From the NCBI RefSeq assembly GCF_000689415.1, contig NZ_HG322950.1, forward strand, positions 514,295 through 538,294: a stretch of 24,000 nucleotides of DNA, in the 5' to 3' direction. This document shows, one piece after another, positions 15,658 to 23,705 of the stretch. The stretch is from Pseudomonas knackmussii B13 (GTDB lineage Bacteria; Pseudomonadota; Gammaproteobacteria; Pseudomonadales; Pseudomonadaceae). The notes under the pieces were generated by a model that was not told the DNA's origin, ran no database searches, and was given only the letters and a program-made list of their open reading frames with translations. Numbering within the stretch: the first letter of the stretch is position 1; every line of letters starts with the position of its first letter. The translations under genes and the position numbers were made by a program.

Positions 15658-17075
15658 TGCCGCTCGGCCTGCGGATCTTCCTGGCGTACTTCCTGTTCGT
15701 CGGGCTGACCGGTTACTTCGTGCTCAGCACGGTGATGGACGAGATCCGCCCCGGCGTGCGCCAGTCCACCGAAGAAACCCTGGTGGATACCGCCAACCTG
15801 CTCGCCGAGATCCTCCGCGACGACCTGAAGAACGGCTCGCTCGCCCAGAGCCACCTGCCCGAGCTGCTCAAGGCCTACGGCGCGCGCAGCCCGCAGGCGG
15901 ACATCTGGGGCGTACGCAAGAACGCGGTGAACCACCGCATCTACGTCACCGACGCGCGCGGTATCGTCCTGCTGGATTCCGCCGGCAGCGCGGTGGGCCA
16001 GGATTACTCGCGCTGGAACGACGTCTACCTGACCCTGCAGGGCAAGTACGGCGCGCGCTCCAGCCGTGAGTCGGCGGATGACCCGGACTCCTCGGTGATG
16101 TACGTGGGGGCACCGATCCGCGATGGCGAGAAGATCATCGGCGTGGTCTCGGTCTCCAAGCCCAACCGCACCCTGCAACCCTACATCGAGCGCTCGCAGC
16201 GCCGCCTGGCCTGGCTCGGCGGCGGCCTGATCGTCCTCGGCCTGCTGGTGGGCGGACTGCTTTCCTGGTGGCTGAGCGGCGCGCTGCGTCGCCTCACTCG
16301 CTATGCGCAGGCGGTCAGCGAAGGCCAGCGTGCCGAGCTGCCGCACTACCGCGGTGGCGAGATGGCTCAGCTGGCCGATGCGGTGGAGCGCATGCGCGTG
16401 CAACTGGAAGGCAAGGCGTACGTCGAGCGCTATGTGCATACCCTGACCCACGAGCTGAAGAGCCCGCTGGCTGCCATTCGTGGTGCCGCCGAATTGCTCG
16501 AAGGCGAGATGCCGACCGAACAGCGTCTGCGCTTCGCCGGCAACATCACCAGCGAGAGCCGGCGCTTGCAGCAGCTGGTCGAGCGGCTGCTGAACCTGGC
16601 CCAGGTGGAGCAGCGCCAGGGCCTCGAAGCGAATGAGCCGGTGGTGCTACGCGAGCTGGTCGCGGAGTTGCTGCAAGGCAACCTCGCGCGCCTGGAAAGC
16701 CTGCAGGTGGACAATGCCGTGCCGCCGGAGGCCGTGGTCGATGGCGAGGCCTTCCTGCTGCGCCAGACACTCGGCAACCTGCTGGAGAACGCCCTCGACT
16801 TCACTCCGGCGGGCGGCACGCTTCGCTTTGGCGCCGAACGCGCAGGGAAGTCCTGGCGCCTGACGCTGTTCAACCAGGGCCAGGCGATCCCCGACTTCGC
16901 CCTGCCGCGGCTGACCGAGCGCTTCTACTCGCTGCCGCGGCCAGGCAGTGGACGCAAGAGCACCGGGCTCGGGCTCAACTTCGTTGCCGAGGTCGCGGCG
17001 CTGCATGGCGGTTCGTTGCACGTTGGCAACGTCGAAGGCGGCGTCGAAGCCTCACTGCTGCTCCCGGCGCACTAG
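15657..17075 (+). CDS. creC: Sensor histidine kinase CreC
   Basis: The ATG at 15657 overlaps the creB stop (TGATG, 15655-15659). It has two TM segments flanking a periplasmic domain, an H-box (HTLTHELKSPLAAIRGA), an N-box (LLENALDFTP) and a G-box (GLGLNFV). The ORF-track start at 15162 is an out-of-gene extension overlapping creB in another frame. Confidence 0.92.
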   Translation: MPLGLRIFLAYFLFVGLTGYFVLSTVMDEIRPGVRQSTEETLVDTANLLAEILRDDLKNGSLAQSHLPELLKAYGARSPQADIWGVRKNAVNHRIYVTDARGIVLLDSAGSAVGQDYSRWNDVYLTLQGKYGARSSRESADDPDSSVMYVGAPIRDGEKIIGVVSVSKPNRTLQPYIERSQRRLAWLGGGLIVLGLLVGGLLSWWLSGALRRLTRYAQAVSEGQRAELPHYRGGEMAQLADAVERMRVQLEGKAYVERYVHTLTHELKSPLAAIRGAAELLEGEMPTEQRLRFAGNITSESRRLQQLVERLLNLAQVEQRQGLEANEPVVLRELVAELLQGNLARLESLQVDNAVPPEAVVDGEAFLLRQTLGNLLENALDFTPAGGTLRFGAERAGKSWRLTLFNQGQAIPDFALPRLTERFYSLPRPGSGRKSTGLGLNFVAEVAALHGGSLHVGNVEGGVEASLLLPAH

Positions 17076-17094
17076 CCGCCGGCTTCGCGCAATC

Positions 17095-17161
17095 CCCACG
17101 AAGTCTCCACCGAAGCGCCACAGACGCCCCACAGAGCCCACGCAGACTCTCCGGTATCCAC
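17095..17161 (+). promoter_or_regulatory. Phased NCCAC direct-repeat array in the creC-creD spacer (candidate CreB operator array or creD promoter element)
   Basis: NCCAC occurs at 17095, 17106, 17117, 17128 and 17137 (spacings 11, 11, 11, 9), with a further TCCAC at 17157. The function is inferred, not demonstrated. Confidence 0.4.
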
Positions 17162-17180
17162 AACCGCCCGGAGAGGCCCC

Positions 17181-18557
17181 ATGAATCGCCCCCTGCTCAT
17201 CAAGCTCGGCGCCATCGCCGTTCTCATGCTCCTGCTGCTCGTTCCCCTGCTGATGATCGACGGCCTGGTCGGCGAGCGACAGGCCTACCGCGATGGCGTG
17301 CTGCAGGACATCGCCCGAAGCTCGGCTTACGAACAGCGCCTGAGCGGTCCGCTGCTGGTCGTGCCCTATGTGCGCAGCGTGCTGGAGTGGCAGCACGACG
17401 AGAAGACCGACACCCACGTACAGGTGCGCCGGGAAAAGCGCGGTCGGCTGTACTTCCTGCCGGAGCGCTTCGTGGTCGACGGCAACCTGACCACCGAGTT
17501 GCGTCATCGCGGCATCTACGAGGCGCGTCTGTACCATGCGCAAAGCCGCATCCAGGGGGGCTTCTTGGTGCCGGCCAACTACGGCGTCAGCGAGGACCTG
17601 GACAGCTATCGCTTCGAGCAGCCCTTCCTCGCGGTAGGCATCAGCGACGTGCGCGGCATCCAGAATGTGCCCAGGCTCGCGTTCGGCGGCCGGCAGCTGG
17701 ACTTCGCCGCCGGCAGCGGCGAGCGCCTGCTCGGCGATGGCCTGCATGTCGCCCTGCCGATCTCGCCCAGTAGCACCGAGCAGCGCTTCGACTACGGCTT
17801 CGACCTCAACCTGCTCGGCAGCTCGCGGCTGGCTATCGCTCCGGTCGGTCGTGAAAGCCAGGTCAACCTGAGCGCCGACTGGCCCCACCCGAGCTTCGAC
17901 GGCGAATACTTGCCGACCGAGCGCAGCGTCGATGCCAAGGGCTTCACTGCGAACTGGCGTACCAGCTTCTTCGCCAGCGGCATGGAAGATGCGCTGAAGG
18001 ATTGCGTGGGCGAGAAGAACTGCAATGCGTTCCAGGGGCGTAGCTTCGGCGTCAGCCTGATCGACCCGGTGGACCAGTACCTCAAGGCCGATCGCGCCTT
18101 GAAGTACGCCCTGCTGTTCATCGGCCTGACCTTCGCCGGCTTCTTCCTTTTCGAGGTGCTCAAGGGCCTGGCGCTGCACCCGGTGCAGTACGCATTGGTC
18201 GGCCTGGCCCTGGCGCTGTTCTACCTGCTGCTGCTGTCGCTAACCGAGCACATCGGCTTCGAACTGGCTTACCTGGCGTCCGCCGGCGCCTGCGTCGCCC
18301 TGATCGGCTTCTACCTCAGCACGGTGCTGCATAGCGTCCTGCGCGGTTGTGCCTTCGCCTTCGGGCTGGCGCTGCTCTACGGGGCGCTCTACGGCCTGCT
18401 GCGCGCTGAGGATTACGCGCTGCTGATGGGCTCGTTGCTGCTCTTCGCGGTGCTGGCTGGCGTCATGGCGCTGACCCGTCGCCTGGACTGGTACGGCGTC
18501 GGCCGGCAGCCGGAGGAGCCGCACTTCTCCCTCGATGAAGTGAGCCGCGTGGGCTGA
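17181..18557 (+). CDS. creD: Inner-membrane protein CreD
   Basis: 458 aa, with GGAGAGG just upstream. It has an N-terminal TM helix, a large periplasmic region with CreD-family blocks (GPLLVVPY, RGIYEA.LY, VGISD.RGI) and a C-terminal cluster of about 5 TM helices. Its position after creBC is canonical. Confidence 0.92.
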   Translation: MNRPLLIKLGAIAVLMLLLLVPLLMIDGLVGERQAYRDGVLQDIARSSAYEQRLSGPLLVVPYVRSVLEWQHDEKTDTHVQVRREKRGRLYFLPERFVVDGNLTTELRHRGIYEARLYHAQSRIQGGFLVPANYGVSEDLDSYRFEQPFLAVGISDVRGIQNVPRLAFGGRQLDFAAGSGERLLGDGLHVALPISPSSTEQRFDYGFDLNLLGSSRLAIAPVGRESQVNLSADWPHPSFDGEYLPTERSVDAKGFTANWRTSFFASGMEDALKDCVGEKNCNAFQGRSFGVSLIDPVDQYLKADRALKYALLFIGLTFAGFFLFEVLKGLALHPVQYALVGLALALFYLLLLSLTEHIGFELAYLASAGACVALIGFYLSTVLHSVLRGCAFAFGLALLYGALYGLLRAEDYALLMGSLLLFAVLAGVMALTRRLDWYGVGRQPEEPHFSLDEVSRVG

Positions 18558-18568
18558 AGGAGAACGCC

Positions 18569-18871
18569 ATGTCCGCACCGATGCGCTTCACCCTCTGCCT
18601 GTTCTGCGGCCTGCTGCTCGCCGTGATGGCCTTGCCGCTGCTGATGCTCGTCGGCCACTTCGAGCTGGTCGCCTGGTTGGCAGCCACCGGCAAACCGCTG
18701 GCCTGGCTGGCGCTGGAGCTGCCGCCGGCGGGGTTCTGGGATGGCCTGAGCGGCGCCCATGACGCGGCGCACAATCCGCATGTCCGCTCGTTCCTGGAAC
18801 TCTGTGTCGGCTTCGCCCAACTCGGCGTGCTGATCGCGCTGCCGCTGTACTACCTGGGAGCACGGCGGTGA
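18569..18871 (+). CDS. Small hypothetical membrane protein (100 aa) coupled to creD
   Basis: AAGGAGA at 18557-18563 lies 5 nt before the ATG at 18569, which is 11 nt after the creD stop. There are two hydrophobic segments (res ~7-28 and ~75-95). GC3-rich codon usage is consistent with coding. I recognise no family. Confidence 0.6.
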   Translation: MSAPMRFTLCLFCGLLLAVMALPLLMLVGHFELVAWLAATGKPLAWLALELPPAGFWDGLSGAHDAAHNPHVRSFLELCVGFAQLGVLIALPLYYLGARR

Positions 18872-18950
18872 GCGGTTTGCGCGAGGAGCGCCGCGCTGGG
18901 CGGCGGTTGGCAAAGAGGATTGCGTGGCTGTTTGTGAGGGGGCGATGGAG

Positions 18951-19016
18951 GTTCGCGAGCAAGCTCGCTCTTATGAAGAGCGGGTCGGTCCTGTAGGAGC
19001 GAGCTTGCTCGCGAAC
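18951..19016. repeat. REP pair, arms facing outward
   Basis: GTTCGCGAGCAAGCTCGCTCTTAT (18951-18974) is the inverted copy (2 mismatches) of GTAGGAGCGAGCTTGCTCGCGAAC (18993-19016). It lies between the convergent ends of the small ORF and the GST gene. Confidence 0.85.
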
Positions 19017-19020
19017 GGAG

Positions 19021-19644
19021 TCATGCGGGTTGGGTGGACTGCATGGACGGACGCTTCGCCGCATCGGCATACCAGGCGGCGAGTTTCGGGTAGCGGCTGC
19101 GCCAGTCCCAATCGGCGAAGCGGAAGTCGAGGTAACCGAAGACACACGCCACGCCAATGGCTGCTATGTCGAAACGCCCCTGCAGTTCCTCGCTGGCTTC
19201 GTTCTCGAAGTAGGCGAGGCTGCGCTCGATCTTCTGCCGTTGGCCGTCCAGCCAGCCATCCCAGCGTTTGTCCTCGGGGCGCGCGACGCTTTCGTAGCGG
19301 CTCAGTACCGCCGCGTCGAGGATGGCGTCGGCCAGCGCGGCGAGGGTCAGGCGGCGCCAGCGGGCCGGGCCTTCGCGCGGGATCAGCGGCTCGCCTGCAT
19401 GTTGCTGGTCGAGGTAGTCGAGGATCACTCGGCTGTCGTACAGCGCCTGGCCGTCGGGCAGGCGCAGTGCGGGAATCTTGCCCGCCGGGTTGCAGGCGTT
19501 GACCGCCGCGTCCGGGCTGACGGGGCTCAGGCTGGCCGCCTGCAGTTGCACCTTGTCGAGCTGGCCGGTCTCGTGCAGCAGCACCAGGACCTTGCGCACG
19601 AAGGGCGAGGCGGGGGAGTGGAACAGGGTCAGTGAAGCGCTCAT
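19021..19644 (-). CDS. Glutathione S-transferase family protein
   Basis: 207 aa, with GAGGA 6 nt upstream of the ATG on the minus strand. It has an N-terminal thioredoxin-like GST fold (LFHSPASPFVRKV...NPAGKIPAL...L.DSRVILDYL) and a C-terminal helical domain. Confidence 0.88.
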   Translation of the reverse strand: MSASLTLFHSPASPFVRKVLVLLHETGQLDKVQLQAASLSPVSPDAAVNACNPAGKIPALRLPDGQALYDSRVILDYLDQQHAGEPLIPREGPARWRRLTLAALADAILDAAVLSRYESVARPEDKRWDGWLDGQRQKIERSLAYFENEASEELQGRFDIAAIGVACVFGYLDFRFADWDWRSRYPKLAAWYADAAKRPSMQSTQPA

Positions 19645-19656
19645 CGGGTGTCCTCG

Positions 19657-20613
19657 TTATTCGCGGATGACCAGCAGGCGGTCGGTGCCGGATTCGGCGC
19701 CCCAGACCGCGCCGGGACGGCCGGTCAGCTGGCGCACGCGGGCGTCCGCGCGGTCGCTGGGATAAGAAGTGAAGCGTGCGCTCTGCGGGTCGAAGCGCAG
19801 GATGGCGTTGCCGGCGATGTCGCTCAGCCAGACGCGGTCCATGCTGTCGACGAAGATCGCGCAGGGTTGCGCCTGGGCGCCGGGCAGCGGCCAGTGCTGC
19901 CAGCTGCCGTCGCTGGGATCGAAGCGGCTCAGCTGGCCGTTGCCGCTCTGGCTGATCCAGAGCCGGCCGATGGAATCGGCGCCCAGTTGCAGCGGGCCGC
20001 TGTTCGCCACGGGCAGCGGGTAGCGGGTGACGCTGCCGCTCAGGGTGTCGATGTGGTTGATGCTGTTGTCGTCGCTGGAGGCATACCAGACCTGCCCGTC
20101 AGGCGTCACCGCCAGGCCATGCGGGCCTTTGCCGCCTGGCGCCTGCCACACCTGCAACTGGCGGCTGTCGGGGTCGAGGCGGCCGAAGTAGCCGTTCTCG
20201 CCGGTGAACCAGATCTCGTCGTCGTCGTCCTGCACGATGCTGTCCAGGCCGGCGTCGGGGGCGTTGTCCGGCAGGCGGATGACTTCGGTGCCCAGGCGCT
20301 CCGGATCGACCCGGACGATGGCGTTGAGGCCGCTGTCGGCGACCCAGGCCGAGCCGTCGGCGCCGGCTATCACGGCGCGCGGCAGCGAGCCTTTGCCGAG
20401 GCTGACCTGCTCGTCCTGCCCGCTCTGCGGATCGAGCCGGCCCAGCGAGCCGGTGCCCGCGGAGACGTACCACAGGCGGCCGTCGTCCAGCAGCGCGATG
20501 GCGGCGGGAGTCACGCCACGGCTCAGTGGGAAGTATTGGGGATCGGCGGCGTGGGCGGTGGCGCTCAGCAGGACGCCGAGCAGGGCGGGGAGAAGACGCA
20601 AACGGTGTTGCAT
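19657..20613 (-). CDS. Secreted beta-propeller protein, virginiamycin B (streptogramin B) lyase-like (Vgb/COG4257-type repeats)
   Basis: The preferred start is ATG 20613 (MQHRLRLLPALLGVLLSATAHA/ADP, a Sec signal) with GGGAG upstream. There are about 7 repeats of a ~40-aa unit of the type G..W....G...I.R.DP. Its stop lies 12 nt before the GST start, so the two are probably co-transcribed. Confidence 0.72.
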   Translation of the reverse strand: MQHRLRLLPALLGVLLSATAHAADPQYFPLSRGVTPAAIALLDDGRLWYVSAGTGSLGRLDPQSGQDEQVSLGKGSLPRAVIAGADGSAWVADSGLNAIVRVDPERLGTEVIRLPDNAPDAGLDSIVQDDDDEIWFTGENGYFGRLDPDSRQLQVWQAPGGKGPHGLAVTPDGQVWYASSDDNSINHIDTLSGSVTRYPLPVANSGPLQLGADSIGRLWISQSGNGQLSRFDPSDGSWQHWPLPGAQAQPCAIFVDSMDRVWLSDIAGNAILRFDPQSARFTSYPSDRADARVRQLTGRPGAVWGAESGTDRLLVIRE

Positions 20614-20703
20614 TGGGGGGCTCCCGGGCGTGGCCGTTGGAAGGCGCACTGTAGCGCGCCGTGCGCCAGGACGCGAACGCCGGGGTCGTTGCGAGCCCCT
20701 GAA

Positions 20704-20734
20704 TGAAAAAACCGCCCCGAGGGGCGGTTTTCTG
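20704..20734 (-). terminator. Rho-independent terminator of glcB
   Basis: ACCGCCCC (20711-20718) / GGGGCGGT (20721-20728) form the stem. The A-run at 20705-20710 on the plus strand is a T-run on the glcB strand. It lies 17 nt beyond the glcB stop. Confidence 0.88.
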
Positions 20735-20750
20735 TGTCAGCTGGCGCGGA

Positions 20751-22928
20751 TTACAGGCCGTTCTTGGCCTTGAATTCGCGACGACGACGGTGCAGCACCG
20801 GCTCGGTGTAGCCATTGGGCTGCTTGGTGCCCTCGACTACCAGCTCCAGCGCGGCCTGGAAGGCCACGTTGTCGTCGAAGTTCGGCGCCATCGGGCGGTA
20901 CAGCGGGTCGTTGGCGTTCTGCCGGTCGACCACGCTGGCCATGCGCTTGAGGCTCTCGACGACCTGCTCCTGGGTGATCACGCCGTGGCGCAGCCAGTTG
21001 GCCAGCAGCTGGCTGGAGATACGCAGGGTGGCGCGGTCTTCCATCAGGCCGACATCGTTGATGTCCGGCACCTTGGAGCAACCGACGCCCTGGTCGATCC
21101 AGCGCACGACATAGCCGAGGATGCCCTGGGCGTTGTTGTCGATCTCGTTCTTGATCTCTTCCGCGGTCCAGTTGGTGTTCGGTGCCAGCGGGATGGTCAG
21201 GATGTCGTCGATCGAGGCCGGTGCGCGCTTGGCCAGTTCGGCCTGGCGGGCGAACACGTCGACCTTGTGGTAGTGCAGCGCGTGCAGGGTGGCGGCGGTC
21301 GGCGACGGTACCCAGGCGGTGTTGGCGCCGGCCAGCGGGTGGGCGATCTTCTGCTCGAGCATGCCGGCCATCAGGTCGGGCATGGCCCACATGCCCTTGC
21401 CGATCTGCGCCTTGCCTTGCAGGCCGGTAGCCAGGCCGATGTCGACGTTGCTGTTCTCGTACGCGCCGATCCACTTCTCGGTCTTCATGGCGCCCTTGCG
21501 CACCATGGCGCCGGCTTCCATGGAGGTGTGGATCTCGTCACCGGTGCGGTCGAGGAAGCCGGTGTTGATGAACACCACGCGCTCGGCGGCGGCCTTGATG
21601 CAGGCCTTCAGGTTGACGGTGGTGCGGCGCTCTTCGTCCATGATGCCGACCTTCAGGGTGTTGCGCGGCAGACCGAGCAGGTCTTCGACGCGGCTGAAGA
21701 TCTCGGCGGCGAAGGCCACTTCTTCCGGGCCGTGCATCTTCGGCTTCACGATGTAGACGCTGCCGGTGCGGCTGTTCTTGCGGCTGGTGTTGCCATTCAG
21801 GTTGTGAACGGCGATCAGGCTGGTGAACAGGCCGTCCTGGATACCTTCGGGCACTTCGTTGCCCTGGGCGTCGAGGATCGCCGGGTTGGTCATCAGGTGG
21901 CCGACGTTGCGCACGAACAGCAGGGAGCGGCCGTGCAGGGTCAGCTCGGAACCGTCGGCCTTGGTGTAGACGCGGTCGGGGTTCATGGTGCGGGTGAAGG
22001 TGCTGCCGCCCTTGCTGACTTCCTCAGCCAGGTCGCCCTTCATCAGGCCCAGCCAGTTGCGGTAGACCACGACCTTGTCGTCGGCATCGACGGCGGCGAC
22101 CGAGTCTTCGCAGTCCATGATGGTGGTCAGCGCGGACTCCATCAGGACGTCTTTCACGCCAGCGGCGTCGGTCTGGCCGATCGGGCTGGTCGGGTCGATC
22201 TGGATTTCGAAGTGCAGGCCGTTGTGCTTGAGCAGTACGGCTTTCGGCTTGGCAGCGTCGCCCTGGAAGGCGATGAACTGCGCGGCGTTCTTCAGGCCGG
22301 TTTCGCTGCCGTTCTTCAGGGTCACTACCAGGGCACCGTTCTTCACGGTGTAGGCGGTGGCGTCGACGTGGGAGGCGCCTTCCAGCGGCGCGGCCTCATC
22401 GAGGAAGGCGCGGGCGAAGGCGATCACCTTGTCGCCGCGGACCTTGTTGTAGCCCTTGCCTTTCTCGGCGCCGTTCTCTTCGCTGATCACGTCGGTGCCG
22501 TACAGCGCGTCGTACAGCGAACCCCAGCGGGCGTTGGAGGCGTTCAGGGCGAAACGCGCGTTCATCACCGGCACTACCAGCTGCGGGCCGGCCATGCGGG
22601 CGATTTCTTCGTCGACGTTCTGGGTGCTGGCCTGGAAGTCAGCAGCTTCCGGCAGCAGGTAACCGATTTCCTGCAGGAAGGCCTTGTAGGCGACCGCATC
22701 GTGCGGCTGACCGGCGCGGGCCTGGTGCCAGCCGTCGATCTTCGCCTGGAGGTCGTCGCGCTTGGCGAGCAGGGCTTTGTTCTTGGGGGCCAGATCGTTG
22801 ATCACGGCTTCCACACCTGCCCAGAACTTGCCGGCATCGATGCCGGTTCCGGGAATGGCTTCGTTGTTCACGAAGTCGAACAGGACTTTGGCGACCTGCA
22901 GGCCACCGACTTGAACGCGTTCAGTCAT
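20751..22928 (-). CDS. glcB: Malate synthase G
   Basis: 725 aa from ATG 22928 ([29 protein letters not shown]...), with GAGG 6 nt upstream. It matches GlcB end to end, including the catalytic region (...[23 protein letters not shown]...[16 protein letters not shown]...). The 4-codon GTG extension in the ORF track is not supported. Confidence 0.97.
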   Translation of the reverse strand: MTERVQVGGLQVAKVLFDFVNNEAIPGTGIDAGKFWAGVEAVINDLAPKNKALLAKRDDLQAKIDGWHQARAGQPHDAVAYKAFLQEIGYLLPEAADFQASTQNVDEEIARMAGPQLVVPVMNARFALNASNARWGSLYDALYGTDVISEENGAEKGKGYNKVRGDKVIAFARAFLDEAAPLEGASHVDATAYTVKNGALVVTLKNGSETGLKNAAQFIAFQGDAAKPKAVLLKHNGLHFEIQIDPTSPIGQTDAAGVKDVLMESALTTIMDCEDSVAAVDADDKVVVYRNWLGLMKGDLAEEVSKGGSTFTRTMNPDRVYTKADGSELTLHGRSLLFVRNVGHLMTNPAILDAQGNEVPEGIQDGLFTSLIAVHNLNGNTSRKNSRTGSVYIVKPKMHGPEEVAFAAEIFSRVEDLLGLPRNTLKVGIMDEERRTTVNLKACIKAAAERVVFINTGFLDRTGDEIHTSMEAGAMVRKGAMKTEKWIGAYENSNVDIGLATGLQGKAQIGKGMWAMPDLMAGMLEQKIAHPLAGANTAWVPSPTAATLHALHYHKVDVFARQAELAKRAPASIDDILTIPLAPNTNWTAEEIKNEIDNNAQGILGYVVRWIDQGVGCSKVPDINDVGLMEDRATLRISSQLLANWLRHGVITQEQVVESLKRMASVVDRQNANDPLYRPMAPNFDDNVAFQAALELVVEGTKQPNGYTEPVLHRRRREFKAKNGL

Positions 22929-23221
22929 TGCTTGCCTCACTCTGCTCAGGACCAGCTCTGGACACAGGCAAAACGCCTTGTAGTCCGAGCCGCGGAATAC
23001 TACATGATGCCGTGGGAAAAATCAGTGGGCTTGCGTCGCGGTTAGACCAAAGAACGCATCTCAGTCACGTAGCAGCAATAATGTTCGCAAAATTCTTATC
23101 GAGTGTTCCAGATAAATCTTAGAACTGTACACGTTTAACCCTTCCGGGTATCTGTGGCAGCCCGTCGCAGCCGGCTATCTTCGGCGTGCCTATACTTCGC
23201 TCTCACCCTGGAGAACCCCGC

Positions 23222-23671
23222 ATGTCCGTGTCGCTTGCCACCACCGCCGATCTCGATGAGCTGGTCCCGCTGTTTTCCGGATACCTCGACTTCTACGAGG
23301 TCCCAGCCCCCGATGCCGACATCCGCGCCTTCCTCAAGCCCCGCATCGAGCGGGGCGAGTCGACGGTCTTCCTCGCCCGCAGCATCGATGGCCTGGCAGT
23401 AGGATTCGTGCAGCTCTATCCGCTGTTTGCTTCCCTGGCCTTGCGCCCGTCATGGCTGGTCAGCGACCTCTACGTCATGCCCGCTGCTCGCCGCGATGGC
23501 TATGGCGAGGCGTTGATGAACGCTGCCCGCGCCCACGCCGAAGCCACCGGGGCCTGCGGCCTGATGCTGGAAACGGCGAAAACCAACCACGCCGGCCAGT
23601 CTCTCTACGAGCGGCTCGGCTACAAGCGTGACGAGAAGTTCTACACCTACTGGCTGGACCTGGCGGGCTGA
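23222..23671 (+). CDS. GNAT-family N-acetyltransferase
   Basis: ATG 23222, with GGAGA at 23210-23214. 149 aa. It carries the acetyl-CoA-binding motif-A-like block (LYVMPAARRDGYGEALM) and ends in LYERLGYK, typical of GNAT. Confidence 0.85.
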   Translation: MSVSLATTADLDELVPLFSGYLDFYEVPAPDADIRAFLKPRIERGESTVFLARSIDGLAVGFVQLYPLFASLALRPSWLVSDLYVMPAARRDGYGEALMNAARAHAEATGACGLMLETAKTNHAGQSLYERLGYKRDEKFYTYWLDLAG

Positions 23672-23705
23672 GCCCGGCTTTCTTGTGCCCTTGGAGGAGA
23701 CTGCC

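Noticed and set aside
14908-17180. Search for the exact E. coli cre tag (TTCACnnnnnnTTCAC) upstream of creB and creD and elsewhere
   Set aside because: By eye, no exact TTCAC-N6-TTCAC was found on either strand in the window. Only the related NCCAC array was seen, and that is reported as a finding. A TTCAC at 14808 is followed by CTTCC out of register.
20703-23045. 780-aa plus-strand ORF
   Set aside because: It is exactly antisense to glcB, whose product is unambiguous. The translation is Val/Gly/Ala/Asp-rich with no recognisable domain, so it is a shadow ORF.
23153-23168. Sigma-54-like motif TGGCAGCCCGTCGCAG upstream of the GNAT gene
   Set aside because: The GG and GC dinucleotides are one base closer than in the strict TGGCAC-N5-TTGCA spacing, and the -12 element lacks TTGC. 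A similar TGGCAC at 8241-8246 is part of a hairpin and lacks a -12 element altogether.
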